DNA of 63,812 nucleotides, counting the filler, from Licmophora abbreviata (taxonomy: Eukaryota): the NCBI GenBank assembly GCA_900291995.1. It is 23 parts of 23 records of this genome, joined end to end, with 100 filler letters (N's around TTAATTAATTAA, not from the genome) between each part and the next. Parts side by side here need not be neighbours in the genome. Positions count along the whole stretch, not along the records: positions 1 to 1,433 come from OLMU01006050.1; positions 1,534 to 4,004 come from OLMU01006051.1; positions 4,105 to 11,455 come from OLMU01006052.1; 20 more parts are not named here. One strand, written 5' to 3'. Below the pieces are notes generated by a model. The model did no database searches and was not told where the DNA came from. It saw nothing but the letters and a program-made list of their open reading frames with translations. Positions 1 to 9,746 of the stretch are shown piece after piece. The first letter of the stretch is position 1; each line of letters starts with the position of its first letter. A program made the position numbers and the translations under genes.

Positions 1-219
1 CTGTATCGGATATCAGTACGAACTCTTGTGGCAGAGTATCTGTCGTCGATAGCTCGCCGGGAGCGTATCATAATGAGCTATCGTGTCACGAAGACTCTAT
101 TCATAAGAACAGGCCCAAGGGAAGACTTGTGGTCATTTCGTGCCATTTTTCACCGCGACCCTGCCCATGGCGATATTATTTATCGTCATACGGAGTACTA
201 TACACGGCTCTGCTTCACC

Positions 220-1176
220 ATGAAGACGTCAAGAGTCCTGTTCTCACTACTTTCGCCTACCTTTCTACTAGCGCTTCTGCTAGTCGTAGTTGTGCCACGA
301 GGCTCCACCAGAACGAGACAAAGAGACGACGCCGTAGCCTCTTCCTCACTACGCCGACGACACCTCAAAACCGCCTCCTACAAGAGTCTCGCCCAGCTCT
401 ATCAAGAAGATCGCAGCTACCAAATAAGCCGCGACTACCACCTTGTGTACACACACATTCCCAAAACGGGTGGGAGTACTATCGAAGAGAGCGCCTTGTT
501 TGAAGAGAAACGGAATGTGGGTGGTTCTGCCAGGAGTCATTTTCGTATCGAAAACGTCATGGCGAATGCAGAGGAGCGGCGTATAAGTCGCTTTACAACA
601 GCCACTACGATACGACATCCCTGCGAGAGGTTTCTGTCTGGATTTCATTACGTCAAGGGACTCTCGAAGAAACGTGTACACGCCAATGCAGAATTCTTCC
701 ACATGAACGACTTTGATAGCGTCGAGGAGTGGGTCGAGTGGCTGGACACGACGCCTGACATGTGGCGACAACTCAAAGTTCGTTTCAATCACTTTATTCC
801 CATGGCGCAGTGGCTGATATATAAAAGTGATCAGACATTCGGAATTGACGTCGTCATGTGTCAAGATCACTGGAACGAAGGCATCTATCGCTTGTTTCGC
901 ACACTGCAACAACCCGTCGTTGACGGTGTCCTCATGCACAAGAATGCCGGACGCAGTGCGCACCCATCCTGTGATGCGTTGGACGAGAAGACGTACACTA
1001 GCATTATGGAGGCATATGAGTTGGATGCGTGTCTGTTTGGGTATGGGGAACAACACTCGATTCCGCACCACGATCCGAGCCAGACGTGTGTTGGTACGTC
1101 GCACTCGCGCGTATTCTTTACGAGACGATATCGAGAGTGTGTCCAGGTTCTGTATGGAGCAGTGATTGAAGGATAG
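220..1176 (+). CDS. Sulfotransferase family 2 (carbohydrate sulfotransferase-like), type II membrane protein
   Basis: N-terminal hydrophobic anchor after ATG 220; 5'-PSB motif HIPKTGGSTIE; 3'-PB motif IRHPCERFLSGF. Confidence 0.85.
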   Translation: MKTSRVLFSLLSPTFLLALLLVVVVPRGSTRTRQRDDAVASSSLRRRHLKTASYKSLAQLYQEDRSYQISRDYHLVYTHIPKTGGSTIEESALFEEKRNVGGSARSHFRIENVMANAEERRISRFTTATTIRHPCERFLSGFHYVKGLSKKRVHANAEFFHMNDFDSVEEWVEWLDTTPDMWRQLKVRFNHFIPMAQWLIYKSDQTFGIDVVMCQDHWNEGIYRLFRTLQQPVVDGVLMHKNAGRSAHPSCDALDEKTYTSIMEAYELDACLFGYGEQHSIPHHDPSQTCVGTSHSRVFFTRRYRECVQVLYGAVIEG

Positions 1177-1194
1177 AGAGGGTCGCGTAGGAGC

Positions 1195-1433
1195 AGTCAC
1201 CTTCTTGGCGCGACTGGTGAATGCACGAAAGGCAGCGATTTGTAGGTCGTCCACGTTTTGTACGGAAGCCGTGATTGCGACCAAAGAAGCACAACCCATG
1301 GGCCGTTCATGCGGCCAAACGATACCCGAATGTTCATTCATACACGGCACCGCGACTGAGCAACAATTATGTTTCGCAGCTGAGCGACCAAGATATGTTG
1401 ACGAGGCTGCGAGAGCAGGATCCCAATGTTGGA
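1195..1433 (+). pseudogene. Fragment of a fucosyltransferase-like domain, paralogous to part of ORF 5136-7367
   Basis: LARLVNARKAAICRSSTFCTEAVIAT, then frameshifted KHNPW...APRLSNNYVSQLSDQDMLTRLREQDPNVG; matches the region at ~6205-6465 with a ~28-nt deletion; no N-terminal part. Confidence 0.75.
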
Positions 1434-1533
1434 NNNNNNNNNNNNNNNNNNNNNNNNNNNNNNNNNNNNNNNNNNNNTTAATTAATTAANNNNNNNNNNN
1501 NNNNNNNNNNNNNNNNNNNNNNNNNNNNNNNNN
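1434..1533. other. Artificial gap spacer (first of 22; others start at 4005, 11456, 13496, 18990, 21378, 23017, 27718, 29068, 32274, 33727, 36885, 38302, 40830, 43459, 46145, 47935, 49392, 54598, 56787, 59975, 62575)
   Basis: Identical N-run + TTAATTAATTAA (stops in all six frames) + N-run, 100 bp each. Confidence 0.98.
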
Positions 1534-2050
1534 ACGACACCCAAGAAAGCTGACGACCTGGTACGGGAATGCCTCGACCCCTGGAGAGGTCCAGCGTGGA
1601 ACCCTGGTTGAGAACATACGGTCAATATGCTTTTTGGGTAACTTTGTTGAGCTTCGTTGAGTATCCGGATACATAAGTCTTGTATCGACAGATTATAATA
1701 CAGGCTAATACTGTGTGTCACTTAAATGTCAAGCATCTGCGCTCCACGTAGGAGTCAGTAGTGAATAGGTGTAGCCTGCTTGCCTCGTATCATACACAGT
1801 GAACGGTGAACGCGAGAACGCGCACCTCTTGTTCCGTCGTCGATTGACTGACTCACTCGACTTTAGACTGACTACATCGCTTTCGGTCGGACGCTAGGTT
1901 CCTAGAGAAAAATGAAAAATCAGCTAGACCTATCGTAGTTCTACGAGCGGCTAACTTGCTTTTTCGACTAATATAATAATACTACAGTTGTCATACTATA
2001 TGTCCACTAAGGTTTGCTGATATGCAAAGCCGTCAGTAGTCGGGAGGAGA

Positions 2051-3421
2051 TCATCGTCGTCCATTGATCGAGTGCACCAGACGAGCCACTCGGAGGCGAC
2101 GTTCCTGCAAGGGGAACAAGGGGAACAACACGTGACCAAAGCACCTCCACACAATAGAGCACTGAACGTCTTCTGGAAGATGCTCGGCGAAGGTACCGTC
2201 CTGCAGCAGCGTCAAGACCAAATGTCGAGCCTTATCGTGGGCAGAGTGGAACACGTTTCGAAGTTGCGCGTTGTTGAGATTGTCTGCCTGCGAGAGCACG
2301 AAAGCAAAGTCAAATTGCATCCGATTGCTCACGAACAGAGACAAAGCCTCATCTCGAACCCGGTCCGGGAGGTCGCCAAAAGCTTCGACTCGATAGACTC
2401 GAGGTTGTTGGATCAGGACCTCAACGATCTCCGTGAAACCAGACTCGACTGCTGCACGGATGGCAAGATTGTTGTGCACACCAGGGTCTACACGTTCATC
2501 TTTCAGCAATCGGTTGACGATCTCATAATGGCCATTCCTGGACGCGTCTCGGATCGCCTCATTGTCACTGGCACTCGGATCTACTCGTGAATCCTCCAGC
2601 AATCGGTCCACGATCTCAAGGTGGCCTCTCCGCGACGCAAAACGAATAGCAAGACTGTCGTAGACAGTCGGATCTACTCTCGCATCCTCCAGCAATCGGT
2701 TCACGATCTCAAGGTGGCCCTTCACGGACGCGGCCAGAGTCGCAACACTCCCATCGACTCGCGCATCCTCCAGCAATCGGTTCACGACCTCAAGATGGCC
2801 ATTATTGCACGCGTCTCGGATCGCCCTATTGTCAGTGGCACTCGGATCTACTCGCTCATCCTTCAGCAGTCGGTTCACGACCTCAAGGTGGCCATTCTTG
2901 GACGCGAACTGAATCGCCCGATTGTCACTGGCATTCGGATCTACTCGCGCATCCTCCAGCAATCGGTTCACGACCTCAAGATGGCCATCATAGCACGCGT
3001 TTTTGATCGCCACATTGTCACGGGCACTCGGATCTACTCGCGCATCCTCCATCAATCGGTTCACGACCTCAAGATGACCATTATTGCACGCGTTTCGGAT
3101 CGCCCTATTGTCACTGGCACTCGGATCTATTCGCTCATCCTTCAGCAGTCTGTTCACGACCTCAAGATGGCCTTTCTTGGACGCGAAATAGATCGCCTCA
3201 TTGTTGTTGGCACTCGGATCTACTCGCTCATCCTCCAGCAATCGGTTCACGACCTCAAGGTGGCCATTCGCGGATGCCCACGAAAGAGTTCGGCCATGGA
3301 ATGTCATCGCCATCGGATCCACCTCCCGATCGCGTAGCAAGCGAGTGACCTCCTCAAGATGACCGAGTTCAGCAGCCCTAACGAGTCGTTCGTCAACAGC
3401 GGCAACAGGAGAGCCCAACAT
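2051..3421 (-). CDS. Ankyrin repeat protein (about 10 repeats of 34 aa)
   Basis: Tandem DxRVDPSAxDNxAIxxAxxNGHLEVVNRLL repeats; 102-bp periodicity in the DNA; no intron apparent. Confidence 0.92.
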   Translation of the reverse strand: MLGSPVAAVDERLVRAAELGHLEEVTRLLRDREVDPMAMTFHGRTLSWASANGHLEVVNRLLEDERVDPSANNNEAIYFASKKGHLEVVNRLLKDERIDPSASDNRAIRNACNNGHLEVVNRLMEDARVDPSARDNVAIKNACYDGHLEVVNRLLEDARVDPNASDNRAIQFASKNGHLEVVNRLLKDERVDPSATDNRAIRDACNNGHLEVVNRLLEDARVDGSVATLAASVKGHLEIVNRLLEDARVDPTVYDSLAIRFASRRGHLEIVDRLLEDSRVDPSASDNEAIRDASRNGHYEIVNRLLKDERVDPGVHNNLAIRAAVESGFTEIVEVLIQQPRVYRVEAFGDLPDRVRDEALSLFVSNRMQFDFAFVLSQADNLNNAQLRNVFHSAHDKARHLVLTLLQDGTFAEHLPEDVQCSIVWRCFGHVLFPLFPLQERRLRVARLVHSINGRR

Positions 3422-4104
3422 TTTTTCAGAGTACCGGTATCAGGTCGGTCTACCGATAACAAACAGAGACGTGCGAGCAGCTACTTTTGAAGCAGCAACA
3501 AAACAGTAGTGACAGTCGCTTTCAACGAATGCAATCGACGCAATGGTGTGTGATATTATCGATGTGTCAATCACTGGCTGGTATCACTTGTTATGTGGCT
3601 TTCCCGCCTGAACGTCGAACGAATTTTCGTTTCAATTTTCGACTCGAATTTCTCCATCTGCAGTTCTGCGAGATCACCTAACGCATGACTAATTTGGAGC
3701 CACGACTGAGATACCTTTCTTCTTCGCACACAAAAACGGGATACCTCGCTAGCACTCAATACACATCCGTGCATTCCGTTTGGAACCTTTACACCACTGT
3801 AGTTATAATAATAGGAAGAACCCCTTGTCAGAGTTGAATGGCGCGATGCTTTGCTATGTGTGGATCGCAAGCTAGGTATGATACTATGATATGGCCAGGC
3901 CGATCGACGCGCGTTTCTAAAGTTTTCATTGCGCGTCGAGAGCTCGCCATGTCTTAGGCGACACACAACACATCAATGCTCCCATAGCGCCTCGGATTGT
4001 CTCGNNNNNNNNNNNNNNNNNNNNNNNNNNNNNNNNNNNNNNNNNNNNTTAATTAATTAANNNNNNNNNNNNNNNNNNNNNNNNNNNNNNNNNNNNNNNN
4101 NNNN

Positions 4105-4680
4105 AGCAGCAGCAGCAGCAGCAAGTCTCCGAAAACCGTCTTGGACAAGATCGTGTTTGCCATTCGAAGGCAGCATCCGACGACATCCGCCAATGGCGTC
4201 TCTCGGAGCGCCATATCCAAGTATCTAAAGAGTGAATTGTCCTATGAAAACACGAATGCCATCAAGCTGGCTCTGAAAAAAGGGGTGAGCAATGGAAGAC
4301 TTGTACAAACGGGACAGAGCTTTCGTGTTGCTGGAGATGCTCTTCCGATGCTGCCACCGGAAGAAAGCGTTCAAACGCATGACGTCAAGGTAGGAACGGG
4401 TCCTCCCGCTACTGTCGGTGACACGGTGGTGGTTCGATATCAAGGCAAATTAGCATCGAAGGATGGAAGTAAATTCGACTCTGCCAATTCGTTTGAGTTT
4501 GTGCTCGGCGCGGGCGATGTCATAAAGGGATGGGACAAGGGCATCGTTGAGATGCGAGTGGGTGGCACGCGTGAGCTTCAAGTTCCCGCGAAACTGGGGT
4601 ATGGCAAACGAGGATCGGCACCTGACATTCCACCCAATTCAGATCTCTTTTTTACAGTAACATTGAAGCAGATAAAGTAG
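4105..4680 (+). CDS. Linker histone H15-like winged-helix domain fused to FKBP-type peptidyl-prolyl isomerase (5' end lost in gap)
   Basis: GVSRSAISKYLK...AIKLALKKGVSNGRLVQTGQSFRV (H1 globular domain signature), then VRYQGKL..FDS..FEFVLG..VIKGWDKG..MRVGG..LGYG..IPPNSDLFF (FKBP). Confidence 0.85.
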   Translation, partial: SSSSSSKSPKTVLDKIVFAIRRQHPTTSANGVSRSAISKYLKSELSYENTNAIKLALKKGVSNGRLVQTGQSFRVAGDALPMLPPEESVQTHDVKVGTGPPATVGDTVVVRYQGKLASKDGSKFDSANSFEFVLGAGDVIKGWDKGIVEMRVGGTRELQVPAKLGYGKRGSAPDIPPNSDLFFTVTLKQIK

Positions 4681-5135
4681 AAGAAGTACTGTCTATCGTA
4701 GTACGAGCTAGCAGGGGTAGGGTGTTTCAGTCTATAGGAGACTTAAAAGTCTTACGTAGGCTTGAGTGCAATGCCGCTCACGGCAATGCGCTTCTTGTGG
4801 AGCAGACAAGTCGATCCGATTTCAGGGTCGCCACAAAGACACACCTTATCCGAGATGTGATTGATATGTGATACCAGGAGACTACTTTGTGATTTGTCTT
4901 GAGTGTGTTGGATGTGGTCTTGGTGTTTCGAAAGATACGTAAAGATATCGGAGTTCGTAGCTCGACAGCCTTGAAAAAGTCACAATGACCAAGAAAGTCC
5001 ATTGGGTGCGTCCAGTCCCAGTCGCCGCGGGAAGTCTTGCGCCACAACATTATCAACAACCATACTTTCGAGAGAAAAAGTCGCGGACATCTCGACTGAC
5101 TCTCGTTGTCGTTGTCGCTTGCTGTTCTGACAAGG

Positions 5136-7367
5136 ATGAATCCGATTGTGCTTTTCTTGGCAGCGACGGTCGTCTTGACCGTCGTCTGTGTCATCGTGCG
5201 ACTGCAGCCGTCGAATTTGATGATCAGTACGAGAACGAGAACTAGTAGTAGTCAACGACAGCTGCGAATCATGACCCTTCCTCAGCAGGCATCGCTGTCC
5301 GACTTTCAGGACCCAGCCAGTATTGAGACCAAACAGATGGCTCCTATTCCTAGCAGCAGAAATGATGTCTTCATTCCTCTTCCTTCTCCACTCCCCACAC
5401 AAACGACCTTGCTGGATGACGGCACCCTGTTGGAAGTCCGCAAGGCTGGCAAGAACCCCTGTGACTTTTTACACTTGCAGCAGACACAGCAAGTCAAACG
5501 CATTCACTATCACTTTGACGAGTGTGTCGAGGGCCAGTTGGGCAATCGACTGGGAGAATATTATGGGAGACAGCTTGTGGCCAATGCATGGAGGGTGCCC
5601 TTTACACTCTCTTGTGGAGATCCGAACGATTCTAGTTTCTTGCAGCATCTCAACAAGGGCAACAGTCACAATGGAGGATTGAAGGTGTCGGTACTTAAAT
5701 TGTTGAGCAGACACAATGAGCTGCCCGGTCCTATCCCAGTCGATATGAACGGTCATGAATATACTGCAGCGGACGTTTGTCGGACGTGCAATCCACCCTC
5801 GTGGTTCTGTAAGCGAGGAATCGACATGATGGCGGAGAAAATGAGGGAGGATATGCGCTATCTTGCAGCGACCGAGTGGGTGAATACTTTGCCGCGTGAT
5901 GATGCGGTGATTCATTTGCGGCTGGGGGATAGTATGAATGGAGAGCGTGAACGGGATGAAGGGATTGGACTCTTCCCGCATCAAACGTATTCGACATTGT
6001 TGTTGCAAGCGCAAAAGGAGAGGGGGCATATACGAACCATTGGATTGGTCACGGCGCCCTTTGAAGGAAAAGAGGGACGCAAGTTTGATCGAAGGTACAT
6101 GTCTAGGAGTAAACTTGTGGCTATGGATCTTGTGGATCATTTGCAACAAGTCTTTCCGAATGCCAAGATTTCCATTCACAACGGTCCCGACGAAATTCCA
6201 TTGGCGTCGCTCGCACGGCTCGTCAAGGCCCGCAAGGCGGCCATTTGTGGGTCTTCGACCTTTTGTACCGAGGCTGTACTGGCCACAGACGGGATCGGCT
6301 TTGTCTATCGCGCCTTGAAGCACAATCCATGGGGACCGACGGCAGCGGAACGCTACGACAATACGCGTGCCTACGAGGCACCGCGATTGGCGAATCACTA
6401 CGTTGCGAAACTGAGCGATGCAGACATGTTGAGATGGCTGCGAGAGCAAGATCCGACTGTGGGGTGTATTTCCATTGTGGAGCCGCCGCTGCTGAGGAGC
6501 GGTAATTTGACAGTAACTCCACCTGTACAGTCGACGCGACATGCATCGCGACAGTTGTCATCTACGGTCGACTACGCGAATAGTACTACTGTGGAGTTGT
6601 ATCAACAAGATCAGGGCTTTCAGATTAGTCGAGACTACGGATTGGTGTATGTTCATATCCCCAAGACAGGCGGTTCAACGATTGAACTGTCCCAAATATT
6701 TCAAGAAAAACGACGTGTCGGCCAAGGAGGACGGAGTCACTATCGGATCGAGTATATGATGCATGACGCGGAAGCTCGCCAAATCAGCAACTTTGTCACG
6801 GCCACAACAATTCGCGATCCATGCGAGCGGTTTCTGAGTGCCTTTCATTATGTAAAGAGGCTGTCGGACTCATCCGCTGCGCATCGAGTGTCCGAGACGT
6901 TCAATATGCACACCTACGACAATGTCCAGGACTGGGTGGCATGGTTGGACAGCACTCCCGACATGTGGCGCCAGCTTCGGAAAAAGTTCAACCATTTCGT
7001 TCCCATGTCACGATGGACTGTGTATGAAAGCGGAGAATTCGGTATAGACGTCGTCATGTGCCAAGATCAGTGGAACGAGGGAATCCACAGGTTGTTTCAG
7101 ACTCTAAATAAAGGCCGCATTCCCTTTGGTGTCCTGTCTCACAAGCTCCGAACACCTCACCCATCCTGTGACGCTTTGGATGCTACCACAAAGAATTCGA
7201 TTATGCGAGAGTATGCTCTCGACGCCTGCCTGTTTGGATACGGCGAATGGGCAATCACGGGCCACGGTCGTAACGTCTGTGTTGGGCAGGCACACTCACG
7301 GAACTTCTTCACGCGGCGATATCGCGACTGCCAGACTGTCTTGAAAGCCAGAGGGCTAATAGCATAG
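5136..7367 (+). CDS. Two-domain Golgi-type protein: fucosyltransferase-like (GT11/NodZ-like GT-B) domain + sulfotransferase family 2 domain
   Basis: Single uninterrupted ORF with TM anchor; GQLGNRLGEY, VIHLRLGD and ICGSSTF resemble fucosyltransferase motifs; C-terminal HIPKTGGSTIE and IRDPCERFLSAF. Confidence 0.75.
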   Translation: MNPIVLFLAATVVLTVVCVIVRLQPSNLMISTRTRTSSSQRQLRIMTLPQQASLSDFQDPASIETKQMAPIPSSRNDVFIPLPSPLPTQTTLLDDGTLLEVRKAGKNPCDFLHLQQTQQVKRIHYHFDECVEGQLGNRLGEYYGRQLVANAWRVPFTLSCGDPNDSSFLQHLNKGNSHNGGLKVSVLKLLSRHNELPGPIPVDMNGHEYTAADVCRTCNPPSWFCKRGIDMMAEKMREDMRYLAATEWVNTLPRDDAVIHLRLGDSMNGERERDEGIGLFPHQTYSTLLLQAQKERGHIRTIGLVTAPFEGKEGRKFDRRYMSRSKLVAMDLVDHLQQVFPNAKISIHNGPDEIPLASLARLVKARKAAICGSSTFCTEAVLATDGIGFVYRALKHNPWGPTAAERYDNTRAYEAPRLANHYVAKLSDADMLRWLREQDPTVGCISIVEPPLLRSGNLTVTPPVQSTRHASRQLSSTVDYANSTTVELYQQDQGFQISRDYGLVYVHIPKTGGSTIELSQIFQEKRRVGQGGRSHYRIEYMMHDAEARQISNFVTATTIRDPCERFLSAFHYVKRLSDSSAAHRVSETFNMHTYDNVQDWVAWLDSTPDMWRQLRKKFNHFVPMSRWTVYESGEFGIDVVMCQDQWNEGIHRLFQTLNKGRIPFGVLSHKLRTPHPSCDALDATTKNSIMREYALDACLFGYGEWAITGHGRNVCVGQAHSRNFFTRRYRDCQTVLKARGLIA

Positions 7368-7499
7368 CAGTAGGATGTTGATAAATAGGGTCGTCGACAA
7401 TGTGCATTCACGGTACAACCAGCGATCGCCCAGAAATCTTACGACGCGATTTGTGCTCTCGTACCTACTACTCCTTCCCTCCAACGCCATATAGGCGAC

Positions 7500-8520
7500 G
7501 ATGGCCCCACAAGCGAGGAAGAAGTCAGAAGTCGCAACGCGAACAGCTCTCCCACGACTTCCAATATTCTGATAACAGAAATCCCAGCATAAGACCCATC
7601 GCCCCTCCAATGCCACCTAGAAGGTCGGCCAAAGTATTTGAATTTGTCTCTGTTATTCTTTCGAGCCTCACAATGTCATAGTGAAATTGTCGGCGGTCCG
7701 TAATGCGCTCGACCGCAGTGTATAGACAATTGCACGACACGGCGGGGCAAGACGATCACACACATCCTCCTCCACGGCACTGCAAAAGTCGTTTGGGCCG
7801 CAGTGCGGCAATTCCTTCGCACTCTTGCGATTGTCGCATAGCTCACGGCATCGGCATGCACCCACCGTCTCTTCATACCGACAATGTGCATGACAGCGTT
7901 CCTGCTTATACCGAGGCGCCGACAAGACGCAGGTCGACCAAGGTTTGTCTCGTAACCGCACGTGCTCGGCGGATCGAATGTGAATAAACTTCAACTCTCC
8001 AGGCTGGGCCACGGCAAAAGGCATTTCGCTGACAACTCCAGAACCGGGTTCTGAAAGAAAGACCACAGCACCGGCAACTTCAGTTTCCTGTAGATACTCG
8101 GACTGATTGAGATTGGCCGTAAAGTCCAACCCTCCTGCTTCACCAGGATCGAGAACTTATACAATTGTCGAGAACTTCCAGCAGAGCCCTCGAAAGGTAA
8201 TCACGGGCGCCCAAATACCCTTTGGATATTGTACACCGTTGAATCGAGTCTCTCCCATGAAATTGTCCAGCGTCTGCGACACAGTTACGACTTGAGTCTC
8301 GTTGGCAGGGAACGTAATTCCACTACGATTCAGTAACGAAGCCTGAAAGAGATTGGCATTGCACACGGTCACATCAGGAAAGGGCAAACTGTCGGGAGCC
8401 GTCCAAGTGGAGGTAGCGTCCGTTTGTTATTCTAGGTACTGGGTAATGAGATCGACCACGAGCCATATCATGGCGCCGATGCACGTCAGGACCGTCACAG
8501 CCCACAAGATTCGTTTCCAT
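7500..8520 (-). pseudogene. DEG/ENaC (amiloride-sensitive sodium channel/ASIC family) pseudogene
   Basis: TM1 WKRILWAVTVLTCIGAMIWLVV..YLE*, then FPDVTVCN, GLCWKF, a Cys-rich thumb region, and TM2 LLGGIGGAMGLMLG/SVIRILEV; two in-frame TAA stops and at least two frameshifts. Confidence 0.8.
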
Positions 8521-8846
8521 AGCTGAATCTAGCACAGCAGCAACGCGACGACATCACCGACGCATGCAATGTGATTGGAACAGAAACTTGCTTGGTGCTG
8601 CAAAACGCAAAACTGAAACGAAACTTCCAAATTCGAACTTTGCGCGCTACAGTCTGGCCCTCGCCCGTCATCAAATTATTAATACATACCATTCAGTACA
8701 CAGCTATTTAATAAATATATTCAACACAATATATTAGGCCCAAAGCCACATTCCGTCTCTCATCGTCGGGGGTCATTCTATTTCGAACTTCGATGTGAAT
8801 GAAATGACAACGGCGGCAGGACCTTCTTGCTGTCCAGATCCCCACG

Positions 8847-9746
8847 ATGAAGAGCAATCTCATACTGTCCACTGGAGTACTACTACTTCTACTGATGCTA
8901 CTCCCCAGTATAGTTCGACGACGACAAGAACGACGCCTCACAGCCACATCCGACTCTCCCACTTCCTTCCAGAGCACCGCCGAGCTCTACAAACAAGACG
9001 GCGCATACCAAATCAGTCGAGACTATCGTCTCGTGTACATTCACATTCCCAAGACAGGCGGAAGTACGGTGGAAGAGAGTGCCTTGTTTGACGAAAAGCG
9101 ACGCGCCGGCGGCGCCGCGCGCTCGCACAATACGATCCGCACCGTCCTCCACGATGCGGTCGAACGACGTATATCGAACTTTACAACCGCCACGACCATC
9201 CGACATCCCTGCGAACGATTCCTGAGTGCCTTTCATTATACCAAGAAACCGAATAATCTCAACAAGGGTGTCCGAGCGAGGCAAAAGTTTCGACTGGACG
9301 ACTTTGAGAACGTGGAGGAATGGGTCGACTGGCTGGACACTGCGCGCATGTGGGGTCACCTCCAGGGACAGCTATATCACTTCAAGCCTATGTTTTCGTG
9401 GCTCTTGCATAGCGACAACACGTTCGGCATTGATGTCGTCATGTGCCAAGATCACTGGAACGAGGGCATCCACCGTCTCTTTCGAACACTACAACAGCCC
9501 GTGGTGGAAAGCGTGCTGACTCATAAGAATGCCGCCCCGTCGGGACATCCCTCGTGTGACGCCTTGGATGAATCGACTCGAACTAGCATTATGAGAGCCT
9601 ATCAACTAGACTCCTGTCTCTTTGGCTACGATGGCGATTGGCCCATCCGGGGACACGATTGGCGTTCCATGTGTATTGGCACGAAGCATTCACGAGACTT
9701 CTTTACACGGAGGTATCGGGATTGTCAAACGGTGTTGAGCGGGTGA
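8847..9746 (+). CDS. Sulfotransferase family 2 paralog
   Basis: TM anchor, HIPKTGGSTVE, IRHPCERFLSAF; closely similar to 220-1176. Confidence 0.88.
   Translation: MKSNLILSTGVLLLLLMLLPSIVRRRQERRLTATSDSPTSFQSTAELYKQDGAYQISRDYRLVYIHIPKTGGSTVEESALFDEKRRAGGAARSHNTIRTVLHDAVERRISNFTTATTIRHPCERFLSAFHYTKKPNNLNKGVRARQKFRLDDFENVEEWVDWLDTARMWGHLQGQLYHFKPMFSWLLHSDNTFGIDVVMCQDHWNEGIHRLFRTLQQPVVESVLTHKNAAPSGHPSCDALDESTRTSIMRAYQLDSCLFGYDGDWPIRGHDWRSMCIGTKHSRDFFTRRYRDCQTVLSG

Noticed and set aside
2072..3337. Repetitive plus-strand ORFs (2072-2590, 2621-3337)
   Set aside because: Antisense shadows of the ankyrin repeat gene
8150..8435. Stop-codon reassignment suggested by two in-frame TAA codons in the DEG/ENaC gene
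   Set aside because: The same gene also has frameshifts, and neighbouring long ORFs read normally in the standard code; decay explains it better
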